Positions 26,874-35,266 of a DNA stretch of 61,225 bases are shown in pieces. Position numbers and translations under genes: made by a program. The stretch spans positions 1-61,225 of the forward strand of contig CAZOQX010000004.1 of the NCBI GenBank assembly GCA_964582465.1, in the 5' to 3' direction. A model generated the notes under the pieces. It saw only the letters and a program-made list of their open reading frames with translations, did not search any database and was not told the origin of the DNA. The first letter of the stretch is position 1, and every line of letters starts with the position of its first letter. This DNA comes from an uncultured Candidatus Saccharibacteria bacterium (GTDB lineage: Bacteria > Patescibacteriota > Saccharimonadia > UBA4664 > CAZOQX01).

Positions 26874-27619
26874 AAAACCAACTTAAAACGCCCGCCGAAA
26901 TTGAGGCTATGCGCGTAAGTGGCCGCATGCTGGCCGAGGTGTTGCAGTTTTTGGCCGAGCGGGTAGTTCCAGGAGTAACTACCAAAGAACTAGCGAACCA
27001 GGCCGCCAAAGAGCTAAAAAAACTGGGTGGCGAGCCGGCCTTCTTGGGCTATAACGGCTACCCTGATGTTATTTGTATTTCGGTGAACGACGAAGTCGTT
27101 CATGCCATCCCATCGGAGAAAGTGCTGCAAGAAGGCGATCTGGTCTCCTTAGACTTTGGTGTGACGTATAAGGGAATGATTACCGATGGCGCCATTTCAC
27201 TTGTAGCGGGGCGGCCAGAGTCCGAACAAGCAAAGCTGATCGGGTCAACTGCGGCATCGCTGGAGGATGGTATTGCTCAAGCCGTGGATGGCGCGAGAGT
27301 GGGCGATATTTCAGCGGCCATCGAGCAATGCCTACGGAAGTCTGACCTTGCCATTATTGAAAACCTGGTGGGGCATGGTGTGGGGCATCATTTGCACGAG
27401 GAGCCACCAATTCCCAACTTCGGTCCGGCCGGCAGGGGTCCTCGCCTGAAAGCTGGTATGACGATTGCGATCGAGCCCATGGCCACACTCGGCTCCAAGG
27501 AGGTGGAAATCGATGAAGATGGGTGGACGATTCGAACGATTGATGGCAGCCTAGCCGCTCATTTCGAACATACTGTACTCATTACGACTGGCGGTCCGGA
27601 AATTTTAACCCGACTATAA
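26870..27619 (+). CDS. map: Methionine aminopeptidase type I
   Basis: 249 aa with the MetAP metal ligands (D..D, H, E, E pattern; GHGVGHHLHEEP). Confidence 0.95.
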   Translation: MKNQLKTPAEIEAMRVSGRMLAEVLQFLAERVVPGVTTKELANQAAKELKKLGGEPAFLGYNGYPDVICISVNDEVVHAIPSEKVLQEGDLVSLDFGVTYKGMITDGAISLVAGRPESEQAKLIGSTAASLEDGIAQAVDGARVGDISAAIEQCLRKSDLAIIENLVGHGVGHHLHEEPPIPNFGPAGRGPRLKAGMTIAIEPMATLGSKEVEIDEDGWTIRTIDGSLAAHFEHTVLITTGGPEILTRL

Positions 27620-27620
27620 C

Positions 27621-27650
27621 TTGCTGCCAGGTGGGCATAAGCACTATAAT
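27621..27650 (+). promoter_or_regulatory. Sigma70-type promoter for ftsA
   Basis: TTGCTG, 18-nt spacer, consensus TATAAT (27645-27650). Confidence 0.5.
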
Positions 27651-27672
27651 AACCTGGTAACTACGGACGGCC

Positions 27673-28908
27673 GTGCCTACTCCGCAACCAAACGAAGAAA
27701 TTTATATCGGGCTCGATATTGGTAGCAGCAAGGTCTGCTGCATTGTCGGCCTGCATGAAGAGGGTATGGGCATGCCTAGTATTATTGGCGTGGGGACTGC
27801 ACCGACCACTGGCGTCCGCAAGGGCTCGGTGGTGGACGTTGAAGAGACCGTGAGCTCAATTACGGCAGCGGTCGACGAGGCTGAACGCATTTCCGGCGTG
27901 CCAATTGATCGCGCTACCATCAGTATCGATGGTGCCCATATCAGTAGCTTGAACTCTAAAGGGGTTATCGCGGTCGGACGGGCTGATCAGGAGATTACGG
28001 TCGAGGATTTGCGCCGAGCCGAGGAGGCTGCTACGGCTGTTCATCTTCCACCTAACCGCGAAATTCTGCAGATTTTTCCGCGTACCTACACGGTCGACGA
28101 CCAAGCAGCCATTGAAGATCCGGTCGGGATGAAGGGCGTCCGCTTGGAAGTCGAAACTCACATTATTATTGGCGCTACCCCTAATCTGAAGAATTTGCAC
28201 CGCGCTGTTTATCAAGCCGGAATCGATATAGAGGGGCAGGTGCTAGTACCACTGGCTGCTGCTCGGGCCGTTCTGACCAAGCAGCAGCGTGAACTTGGCA
28301 CAGTTCTGATTGATATTGGAGCCGGTAGTACTGGTGTGGCAGTTTTTGAGGAGGGAGATGTGCTCTATAGCAACATTTTGCCCGTGGGCAGTGGCCATAT
28401 TACCAACGATATTGCCATTGGGCTCAAGACAAGTATCGAAATGGCTGAGCAGATCAAGCTCAAATACGTCAAAGCCCACCTGGATCGCCGCAATATCAAT
28501 GAAAAGATTGCGGACCCCGAGCTACTGGGCGATAAGGTGATATCGGGACGTGAGCTGCATCGTATTGCCAGTGCTCGCCTGGAGGAAATTTTTGAACTCA
28601 TTCGCGCTGAGCTTAAAAAGATCGGTCGGGATAAGATGCTACCCGCGGGAGCCATCATGACTGGTGGCGGGGCGCAGTTAAAGGGTATCGAGGAAGCTGC
28701 CAAGGACTTGCTGGGCTTACCTGCCCAGGTAGCGCGGCCAGAAGGCTACACCGGTATGGCCGATAAGATTGCGAGCCCTGCCTATGCGACAGCGGTAGGC
28801 CTAATGCTAGAAAACACCGGCCACCTGAAGAATGCAGACCGGGCCAACGTCAAACTAGGAAAAACAGTTGAGCGCATTAAGAAAACCTTCAAGAACCTAT
28901 TGCCTTAA
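27673..28908 (+). CDS. ftsA: Cell division protein FtsA
   Basis: Actin-fold motifs (IGLDIGSSKV, DIGAGSTGV, GGGAQLKG). Lies upstream of ftsZ. Confidence 0.95.
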   Translation: MPTPQPNEEIYIGLDIGSSKVCCIVGLHEEGMGMPSIIGVGTAPTTGVRKGSVVDVEETVSSITAAVDEAERISGVPIDRATISIDGAHISSLNSKGVIAVGRADQEITVEDLRRAEEAATAVHLPPNREILQIFPRTYTVDDQAAIEDPVGMKGVRLEVETHIIIGATPNLKNLHRAVYQAGIDIEGQVLVPLAAARAVLTKQQRELGTVLIDIGAGSTGVAVFEEGDVLYSNILPVGSGHITNDIAIGLKTSIEMAEQIKLKYVKAHLDRRNINEKIADPELLGDKVISGRELHRIASARLEEIFELIRAELKKIGRDKMLPAGAIMTGGGAQLKGIEEAAKDLLGLPAQVARPEGYTGMADKIASPAYATAVGLMLENTGHLKNADRANVKLGKTVERIKKTFKNLLP

Positions 28909-28968
28909 ACTGACTTTCGTACACAAAATTTGTTCAAAATAATTAGTCGCTAAAGTTGAACAAAAAAT

Positions 28969-28996
28969 TTGCATTATGCTTGAGCCTTGTTATACT
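28969..28996 (+). promoter_or_regulatory. Sigma70-type promoter for ftsZ
   Basis: TTGCAT, 16-nt spacer, extended -10 TGTTATACT. Confidence 0.45.
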
Positions 28997-29052
28997 GGTT
29001 TTTGTATCTGAATCTTATTTTGGATACTGTGGTAAGGAGCTTTTAATTGTAA

Positions 29053-30264
29053 ATGCCTGAAGTAACGCCAGAAATCGAAACTTTTGCGCGTATCAAGGTA
29101 GTCGGCGTCGGCGGTGGCGGTAATGCTGCCGTCGAACGCATGATTAAGTCGAAGTTGCAAGGTATCGAGTTCGTAGTTATAAACACTGACGCGCAGGCGC
29201 TGCACCACTCGCATGCTCCGCGCAAGGTTCATATTGGTAAGGATACCACTCGCGGACTAGGCGCAGGGGCTGATCCTGATGTTGGCCGGCGGGCTGTTGA
29301 AGAGTCTTCGGAGGAAGTCTTGGGCATGCTGCGCGGTTCTGACATGGTTTTTGTGACCTATGGCCTGGGAGGCGGCACTGGAACAGGTTCGGGCCCAATC
29401 GTGGCCTCCATGGCGCGTGAATCCGGTGCCTTAGTGGTCGGTATTGTGACGAAGCCGTTCACGTTTGAGGGCGAGAAGCGTCGTCGCAACGCGGATGCCG
29501 GTATCGATGAGCTGCGTGACAACGTTGACACCTTAATTACTATTCCGAATGATCGCTTATTGCAGATGATTGATCGCAAAACCACCCTACTGGATGCCTT
29601 CAGCATGGTAGACGAAGTGCTGCGGCAAGGCGTTCAGGGTATTTCAGATCTCATTACCGTTCACGGGCTGATTAACCTCGATTTCGCGGACGTAAAGGCG
29701 ATCATGCAGAACGCTGGGTCGGCCCTCATGGGTATCGGCCGAGCGGGGGGCGAAAATCGAGCCCTCGAAGCGGCTCACCAAGCGATTGACTCACCTTTGC
29801 TTGAGACTTCGATTGAGGGCGCCAAAGGAGTGCTTTTCAATATTACCGGTGGTCGCAATATGACCATGCACGAAATTGATGAGGCCGCTAAGGCCATTAC
29901 TGACGCTGTTGATCGGGAGGCTAACATTATTTTTGGGGCGGTGCTCGACGAGACTATGGACGACGAGATTAAGATTACGGTGGTTGCGACGGGTTTCGAG
30001 CCCAAGAAAGACATCAAGCGTCCAGAGCGGCCGGCCTTTGTTAAGGTGGAAGATAGACGCCCATTCATAGAGGAGCGTCCGCAAGTCTTGGCCGATGAGG
30101 TGCCAGCGGAAGTCGAAAGTTTCTTTGGTAATGGTGCTACCAGCGTGGAGCCGGTGGCAGAAAAGTCAGAAGTTGAGTCTGTTTCTGAGTCTGAGTCGCC
30201 GGTGGAGCCCGATAGTGCCGAAGATCTAGATGTTCCGGCCTTTATCCGCAAAAAACTCGGCTAA
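29053..30264 (+). CDS. ftsZ: Cell division GTPase FtsZ
   Basis: Tubulin signature [10 protein letters not shown]. The acidic linker ends in [11 protein letters not shown], a C-terminal peptide. Confidence 0.98.
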   Translation: MPEVTPEIETFARIKVVGVGGGGNAAVERMIKSKLQGIEFVVINTDAQALHHSHAPRKVHIGKDTTRGLGAGADPDVGRRAVEESSEEVLGMLRGSDMVFVTYGLGGGTGTGSGPIVASMARESGALVVGIVTKPFTFEGEKRRRNADAGIDELRDNVDTLITIPNDRLLQMIDRKTTLLDAFSMVDEVLRQGVQGISDLITVHGLINLDFADVKAIMQNAGSALMGIGRAGGENRALEAAHQAIDSPLLETSIEGAKGVLFNITGGRNMTMHEIDEAAKAITDAVDREANIIFGAVLDETMDDEIKITVVATGFEPKKDIKRPERPAFVKVEDRRPFIEERPQVLADEVPAEVESFFGNGATSVEPVAEKSEVESVSESESPVEPDSAEDLDVPAFIRKKLG

Positions 30265-30265
30265 T

Positions 30266-30802
30266 ATGACACCCCAGCCACGCCGGGTTGTTAAAAAATA
30301 CCGGTCGCAGTTATTAGTAGACTGGCTCAAGGAAAACCACGAACCTAGTCGCGTCGCCGACATCGGTGGCGGCAAGGGTCTCATCACTTTTTTATTAGGA
30401 AAATTACCGGGCTGGGAGCTGATCATTATCGACCCTCATGATCCGGGGCTACCTCCGAAGGTGAGGGATCTTCATACACGGGAACGCATTAAGTTGTCGG
30501 CTGCAGACGTCGCGAGTTTACCACGCCTTAAAGAGCCTTTTAGGCTTGAGCTGGCGAAGGGCGTCGATCTCTTGGTGGGCATGCATGCTCACGGGTCAAA
30601 TATGCTGATTATTGAAGCGGCGGCTAAGTACCACAAAGATTTTGTGATTTTCCCATGCTGCGTGATTGATGAGCCCATTACGCCCCAGCCCAACATCAAT
30701 TGGCTAGATTCTCTTGAGGAATACGCTGAAAGTCTCGGCCATAAGGTTAAGCGAGTGAAGCTGAATTTTAAAGGTCAAAACATCGGTTTAACTAATTTCT
30801 AG
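30266..30802 (+). CDS. Putative SAM-dependent methyltransferase-fold protein
   Basis: ATG at 30266, 2 nt after the ftsZ stop; the ORF-track start 30230 overlaps ftsZ. VADIGGGKG resembles motif I. Confidence 0.55.
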   Translation: MTPQPRRVVKKYRSQLLVDWLKENHEPSRVADIGGGKGLITFLLGKLPGWELIIIDPHDPGLPPKVRDLHTRERIKLSAADVASLPRLKEPFRLELAKGVDLLVGMHAHGSNMLIIEAAAKYHKDFVIFPCCVIDEPITPQPNINWLDSLEEYAESLGHKVKRVKLNFKGQNIGLTNF

Positions 30803-30878
30803 GTTTGCTCCGCTTCTTTAATCGTATGTGGCTAAGGCTGAGCTGGCTCGCGCTTGCCCCGAAAAGCATAAAAAGTAT

Positions 30879-30908
30879 TGACAGGCCTACTAGCATTAGC
30901 GGTATACT
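30879..30908 (+). promoter_or_regulatory. Sigma70-type promoter for the small-ORF/nrdR transcript
   Basis: ATAAAAAGTA-TTGACA (30879-30884), 18-nt spacer, TATACT (30903-30908). Confidence 0.6.
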
Positions 30909-30947
30909 CTAGAGAGCCTACGCTATATGTGGGGGAAGGAGGGGAAA

Positions 30948-31109
30948 ATGACACAAACACTGCAGAACCAAGTTTGGCTTAAGTTACTTGAGCGCTATGG
31001 CGCCCTGGAAGTAGCCAAAAAAATTGACGAACTGCCGTCGTATCAATCTTACCGAGCAAAGTACGTGGTGCGGAGTTTTCACAAAACCCATTTAGGAGGG
31101 CGAACTTAG
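30948..31109 (+). CDS. Small hypothetical protein (53 aa) translationally coupled to nrdR
   Basis: ATG 30948 preceded by GGAAGGAGGGG. Its stop TAG overlaps the nrdR GTG start (TAGTG). Confidence 0.45.
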   Translation: MTQTLQNQVWLKLLERYGALEVAKKIDELPSYQSYRAKYVVRSFHKTHLGGRT

Positions 31110-31585
31110 TGCGTTGCAAAGAGTGTGGACAAGCTGGTTCTAGGGTAATTGAGTCGCGCGAGTTGGAAGAGGGCGGTGTAATTAGGCGCCGGCGCCAGTG
31201 CCTGAATTGCAGCTTCCGCTTTACGACGTATGAACGCCTGGAAGTACCGAATTTGGTGGTGATTAAAAAGGACGGCCGGCGGGAAATGTTTGATCGCGAC
31301 AAGGTGGCCGCCGGAGTTTATAGAGCCTGCGAAAAGCGGCCGATTCCGATTGGCTTGGTGGATTCTGCTATCCGTCAGATTGAGCGCGAGGTCCAAGCGA
31401 TGGCCGAGACGGAGGTACCCAGCCGACTGATCGGGGAAATGGTCATGACCAAATTGATAGAGCTGGATGATGTGGCTTATGTACGGTTTGCGAGCGTTTA
31501 CCGCAGTTTCAAGGATGTGGCGAGTTTTGAGCGTGAATTGGCGAAATTGAAGGAACGAGCTCTAGGCAAAAATCAGGTGAGTTAG
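31109..31585 (+). CDS. nrdR: Transcriptional repressor NrdR
   Basis: N-terminal zinc ribbon MRCKECG...CLNC followed by an ATP-cone. Native (~50% GC) composition. Confidence 0.93.
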   Translation: MRCKECGQAGSRVIESRELEEGGVIRRRRQCLNCSFRFTTYERLEVPNLVVIKKDGRREMFDRDKVAAGVYRACEKRPIPIGLVDSAIRQIEREVQAMAETEVPSRLIGEMVMTKLIELDDVAYVRFASVYRSFKDVASFERELAKLKERALGKNQVS

Positions 31586-31659
31586 CCATTAATCTTGGTC
31601 CGCCTGCGGTGGATCGAGACTAGCGACTAACGCTAGGGGGACATTGACAACTTGATCAC

Positions 31660-34600
31660 TCTTTAACTGTGCGGGCTTTGCGGAGTATGAGGGCTGGGAG
31701 GGCCCCTGGTGCTTCGCCTGCCCGTACAGTTAGTACAACAACTTGTCTCGCGGGCTTGGGTTACAACAATCTGCCCGCGTGGCAGGGAGGAGGCAGCAAA
31801 TGGCAACGACACAGAACGAGCTGCAGGAGCAGGGGGCCGGAGGCCTTTCCTTCGAGCGGCGCTTCACGCAGGCGGGCATCAAGCCTTTCGACCAGGTGGA
31901 GTGGGAGATCCGTGACGCGGTCATCCCGAACTTCAAGGAGGGTGGCAACGCCTTCGAGCAGAAGGACGTGGAGTTCCCGAAGGAGTGGAGCCAGAACGCC
32001 ACCAACATCGCGGCGCAGAAGTACTTCCGTGGCACCCTCGGTACGCCCGAGCGTGAACGCAGCGTCCGACAGCTGATCGGCCGCGTGGTCGACACCATCA
32101 AGAGCTGGGGCAAGCAGGGCGGCTACTTCGCGTCCGGTCAGGACGCCGAGGTGTTCGCCGACGAGCTTGCCTTCATCCTGGTGACGCAGCGGGCGGCCTT
32201 CAACTCGCCGGTATGGTTCAACGTCGGTGTGCCGGACACGCCGCAGCAGTGCTCGGCGTGCTTCATTCTGCACGTCGACGACAAGATGAGCTCCATCCTC
32301 AACTGGTACGTCGAAGAGGGCACCATCTTCAAGGGCGGCTCCGGCTCCGGCATCAACCTGTCGACGATCCGATCGTCCAAGGAGGGACTGGAGGGCGGTG
32401 GCACGGCCTCGGGTCCGGTCAGCTTCATGCGCGGCGCCGACGCCTCCGCGGGGACCATCAAGTCCGGTGGCAAGACGCGCCGGGCGGCCAAGATGGTCAT
32501 CCTGAACGTCGACCACCCGGACGTGCGCGACTTCATCTGGTGCAAGGCCCACGAGGAGAAGAAGGCCCGCGCTCTGCGCGACGCCGGATTCGACATGGAC
32601 CTGGACGGCAAGGACAGCAACTCGGTCCAGTACCAGAACGCCAACAACTCGGTGCGCGTGACCGACGAGTTCTTGCACGCCTACGAGAACGACGCCGACT
32701 GGAAGCTCAAGGCCATCACCACCGGGGAGGTGGTCGAGACCGTGCGTGCTCGCGACCTCATGCGTGAGATCGCCCAGGCTGCTTGGGAGTGCGCCGACCC
32801 GGGGGTGCAGTACGACACGGTCATCAACGACTGGCACACCTGCCCGGCATCCGGCCGGATCAACGGGTCCAACCCGTGCAGCGAGTACATGCACCTCGAC
32901 AACTCGGCCTGCAACCTGGCCTCACTGAATCTGCTGAAGTTCGCCGACGCGAACGGTACGTTCAGCGTGGCCGATTTTCGCTACGCCGTCGAGATCATCT
33001 TCACGGCACAGGAAATCCTGGTGGGAGCGAGCGACCCGGAGACGGGACAGAAGCTCTACGGCTCGGACTACCCGACGGAGGCCATCGGTGCCAATGCTCG
33101 GGCTTTCCGCCAGCTCGGCATGGGCTACGCCAACCTGGGCGCCCTGCTCATGGCGAATGGCCTGCCCTACGATTCCAACGAGGGTCGGGCCACGGCCGGC
33201 GCGATCACCGCCATCATGACGGGTCACGCCTACGCCACTTCGGCCAAGATCGCTGAGCAGGTCGGTACGTTCCGGGACTTCGAGCCCAACCGCGACGCCA
33301 TGCTGCGCGTCATGCGCAAGCACCGGGCTGCGGCGGATCTGATCGACCCCGAGGCAGTGCCGGAAGGCCTGCTTTCGGCGGCTGTGCAGGTCTGGGACAA
33401 CGCCGTCTCGCTCGGTGAGAGGCACGGTTACCGCAACGCCCAGGCCACGGTGCTCGCACCCACCGGGACCATCGGTCTCATGATGGACTGCGACACCACC
33501 GGCATCGAGCCCGACCTGGCTCTGCGCAAGCACAAGAAGCTGGTCGGCGGCGGCACCATGGAGATCGTCAACCAGACGATTCCGCGGGCGCTCGCCAAGC
33601 TCGGCTACTCCTCGCAGGAGAGCGACGAAGTGGTCGCCTACATCGCCGAGCACAACTCGGTGGACGGGGCGCCCCACCTCAAGGTCGAGCACTACCCGGT
33701 GTTCGACACCTCCATGGGGGAGCAGGCCATCCACTACATGGGTCACGTCAAGATGATGGCGGCGGCCCAGCCCTTCCTCTCCGGCGCTATCTCCAAGACG
33801 GTCAACATGCCGGAAGGGGCCACCGTCGAAGAGGTGGAGCAGCTGTTCGTCGAGGGCTGGAAGCTCGGCCTGAAGGCGGTCGCCATCTACCGCGACAACT
33901 GCAAGGTGGCCCAGCCCCTGGCGGCCGAGAAGAAGACCGTCGAGGTCGAGGAGGCTCCGTCGACGCTGCCGTGGTCGTCCAAGAAGCGCCTCCCCGCAGT
34001 CCGTACGGCCAAGACCTTCTCGTTCGCGGTCGGCGAGGCAGAGGGATACATCACCGCCGGCGAGTACCCGGACGACGGCCTCGGCGAGATCTTCCTGAAG
34101 GTCTCGAAGCAGGGTTCGACCCTGGCTGGCCTGGTGGATGCCTTCTCGATCGCCGTGTCGGTCGGACTGCAGTACGGTGTGCCCCTGGAGGACTACGTCC
34201 AGAAGTTCATCAACATGCGGTTCGAGCCGTCCGGTGTCACCAACGACAGGGACATTCGGTTCGCGAGCTCAGTGGTCGACTACATCTTCCGTCGGCTGGC
34301 GCTCGAATACCTGTCACCGCAGCAGCGCGAAGAACTGGGGATCAGGTCCGTCGCCGAGCGCAAGCAGAACATCGATGCGGCAGGTGGCATGGACGCTGCA
34401 GCGGCGGCCTACGGTCCGACCGTGGTGCACGCCGAGCCACCGGCCCCCTCACCGACGGTGGTGGAGGTCGTGGCCAAGCCCAAGGCGCGAACGCTCGACG
34501 ATGCGCCGCTGTGCTACAGCTGCGGATCGAAGATGCAGCCGGCGGGCTCGTGCTACGTCTGCAACTCCTGCGGCTCGACGTCCGGCTGCAGCTAGGGCTT

Positions 34601-34683
34601 CGGCCCGGGAGGAGAGTGATCAAGTGAAACCGAGGCCGGGTGTCCAGTCTGATCCGTTTTAGGATCTTACTGGCCCCGGCCTC
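31660..34683. other. GC-rich, compositionally foreign cassette C (carries nrdJ)
   Basis: Abrupt switch to G/C-ending codons. Many long spurious off-frame ORFs in the six-frame track are confined to this interval. Boundaries are approximate. Confidence 0.8.
31800..34595 (+). CDS. nrdJ: Adenosylcobalamin-dependent ribonucleotide reductase (class II, long actinobacterial-type NrdJ)
   Basis: ATG 31800 after a GGGAGGAGG SD; the ORF-track start 31743 is upstream of the SD. Active-site region SNPCSEYMHLDNSACNLASLNL and C-terminal Cys cluster CYSCGSKMQPAGSCYVCNSCGSTSGCS. 931 aa. Confidence 0.93.
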   Translation: MATTQNELQEQGAGGLSFERRFTQAGIKPFDQVEWEIRDAVIPNFKEGGNAFEQKDVEFPKEWSQNATNIAAQKYFRGTLGTPERERSVRQLIGRVVDTIKSWGKQGGYFASGQDAEVFADELAFILVTQRAAFNSPVWFNVGVPDTPQQCSACFILHVDDKMSSILNWYVEEGTIFKGGSGSGINLSTIRSSKEGLEGGGTASGPVSFMRGADASAGTIKSGGKTRRAAKMVILNVDHPDVRDFIWCKAHEEKKARALRDAGFDMDLDGKDSNSVQYQNANNSVRVTDEFLHAYENDADWKLKAITTGEVVETVRARDLMREIAQAAWECADPGVQYDTVINDWHTCPASGRINGSNPCSEYMHLDNSACNLASLNLLKFADANGTFSVADFRYAVEIIFTAQEILVGASDPETGQKLYGSDYPTEAIGANARAFRQLGMGYANLGALLMANGLPYDSNEGRATAGAITAIMTGHAYATSAKIAEQVGTFRDFEPNRDAMLRVMRKHRAAADLIDPEAVPEGLLSAAVQVWDNAVSLGERHGYRNAQATVLAPTGTIGLMMDCDTTGIEPDLALRKHKKLVGGGTMEIVNQTIPRALAKLGYSSQESDEVVAYIAEHNSVDGAPHLKVEHYPVFDTSMGEQAIHYMGHVKMMAAAQPFLSGAISKTVNMPEGATVEEVEQLFVEGWKLGLKAVAIYRDNCKVAQPLAAEKKTVEVEEAPSTLPWSSKKRLPAVRTAKTFSFAVGEAEGYITAGEYPDDGLGEIFLKVSKQGSTLAGLVDAFSIAVSVGLQYGVPLEDYVQKFINMRFEPSGVTNDRDIRFASSVVDYIFRRLALEYLSPQQREELGIRSVAERKQNIDAAGGMDAAAAAYGPTVVHAEPPAPSPTVVEVVAKPKARTLDDAPLCYSCGSKMQPAGSCYVCNSCGSTSGCS

Positions 34684-34708
34684 TCACGTTTATGCTAGAA
34701 TAACGGCA

Positions 34709-34966
34709 ATGATTGCGAGTCTACTGTATCGAAAAAATACTCCCGAGGAGCGTGACGTCGCCCATCTTTTTAAAGAGCTTAATGATCGCCAGGCAGAGGT
34801 AAGAATGATCGACGTTGATACGCCCGAAGGGCAGCAAATGATCGAACTTTATGACGTGATGGATTTCCCAGCCGTACTTATAACGGACTCACAAGGTTCG
34901 GAAATGACTCGTTGGCAGCAGAATTTACCGCCCGCCAGCGACATTAGTTACTGGGTGCATTCTTGA
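34709..34966 (+). CDS. Thioredoxin/glutaredoxin(NrdH)-fold-like small protein lacking the CxxC motif
   Basis: 85 aa starting at ATG 34709. The beta-alpha-beta pattern (SLLYRK..TPEE..VRMIDVD..FPAVLI) resembles the Grx/NrdH topology, with cis-Pro-like FP but no Cys. Confidence 0.5.
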   Translation: MIASLLYRKNTPEERDVAHLFKELNDRQAEVRMIDVDTPEGQQMIELYDVMDFPAVLITDSQGSEMTRWQQNLPPASDISYWVHS

Positions 34967-35220
34967 CTAGCCTGGGGCTGATTTTCATCAATTTATTTAT
35001 CGCGGTCTTCGGCTGGATATTAATTGCGCGGGTGGTGCTTAGCTGGCTGAGCCCTCGGCTCAGCGATTCTTCGGTAGGGCGCTTGTTAATTGATGTCACC
35101 GAACCGGTGCTTGCACCCGTCCGTAAAGTTATCCCTTCGCAGACAATCGACTTGTCGCCCCTGATCGTTTTTTTCCTCCTGCAAGTGCTGGCTGCGCTTG
35201 CCAATCATTACATTCATTAA
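34963..35220 (+). CDS. yggT: YggT-family membrane protein
   Basis: 85 aa, two TM helices, with the typical ...ARVVLSWL... motif. Confidence 0.75.
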   Translation: MTSLGLIFINLFIAVFGWILIARVVLSWLSPRLSDSSVGRLLIDVTEPVLAPVRKVIPSQTIDLSPLIVFFLLQVLAALANHYIH

Positions 35221-35266
35221 CAAAAGCGGGTTTCACTTCAATCTCCAGGTTTGTATACTATAAGGA

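Noticed and set aside
31640-31799. Possible cobalamin riboswitch in the GC-rich nrdJ leader.
   Set aside because: I found no B12-box-like core (GCCACTG-type) or recognisable riboswitch architecture. B12 riboswitches normally control B12-independent isozymes or transporters, not nrdJ.
31743-31799. Upstream TTG start for nrdJ given by the ORF track (MSRGLGLQQSARVAGRRQQ...).
   Set aside because: It would begin upstream of the strong GGGAGGAGG SD and add an Arg-rich non-conserved peptide. ATG 31800 is correctly spaced from the SD.
31669-34662. Many long ORFs overlapping nrdJ: 31761..32894(-) 377 aa, 32922..33746(-) 274 aa, 33971..34627(+) 218 aa, 34138..34662(+), 32213..32767(+), 32138..32647(-), 31669..32076(+) and others.
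   Set aside because: Their products are Arg/Gly/Pro/Ala-rich low-information sequences in off-frames of a clearly recognisable NrdJ. Stop codons are rare in high-GC DNA, so these are compositional artefacts, not genes.
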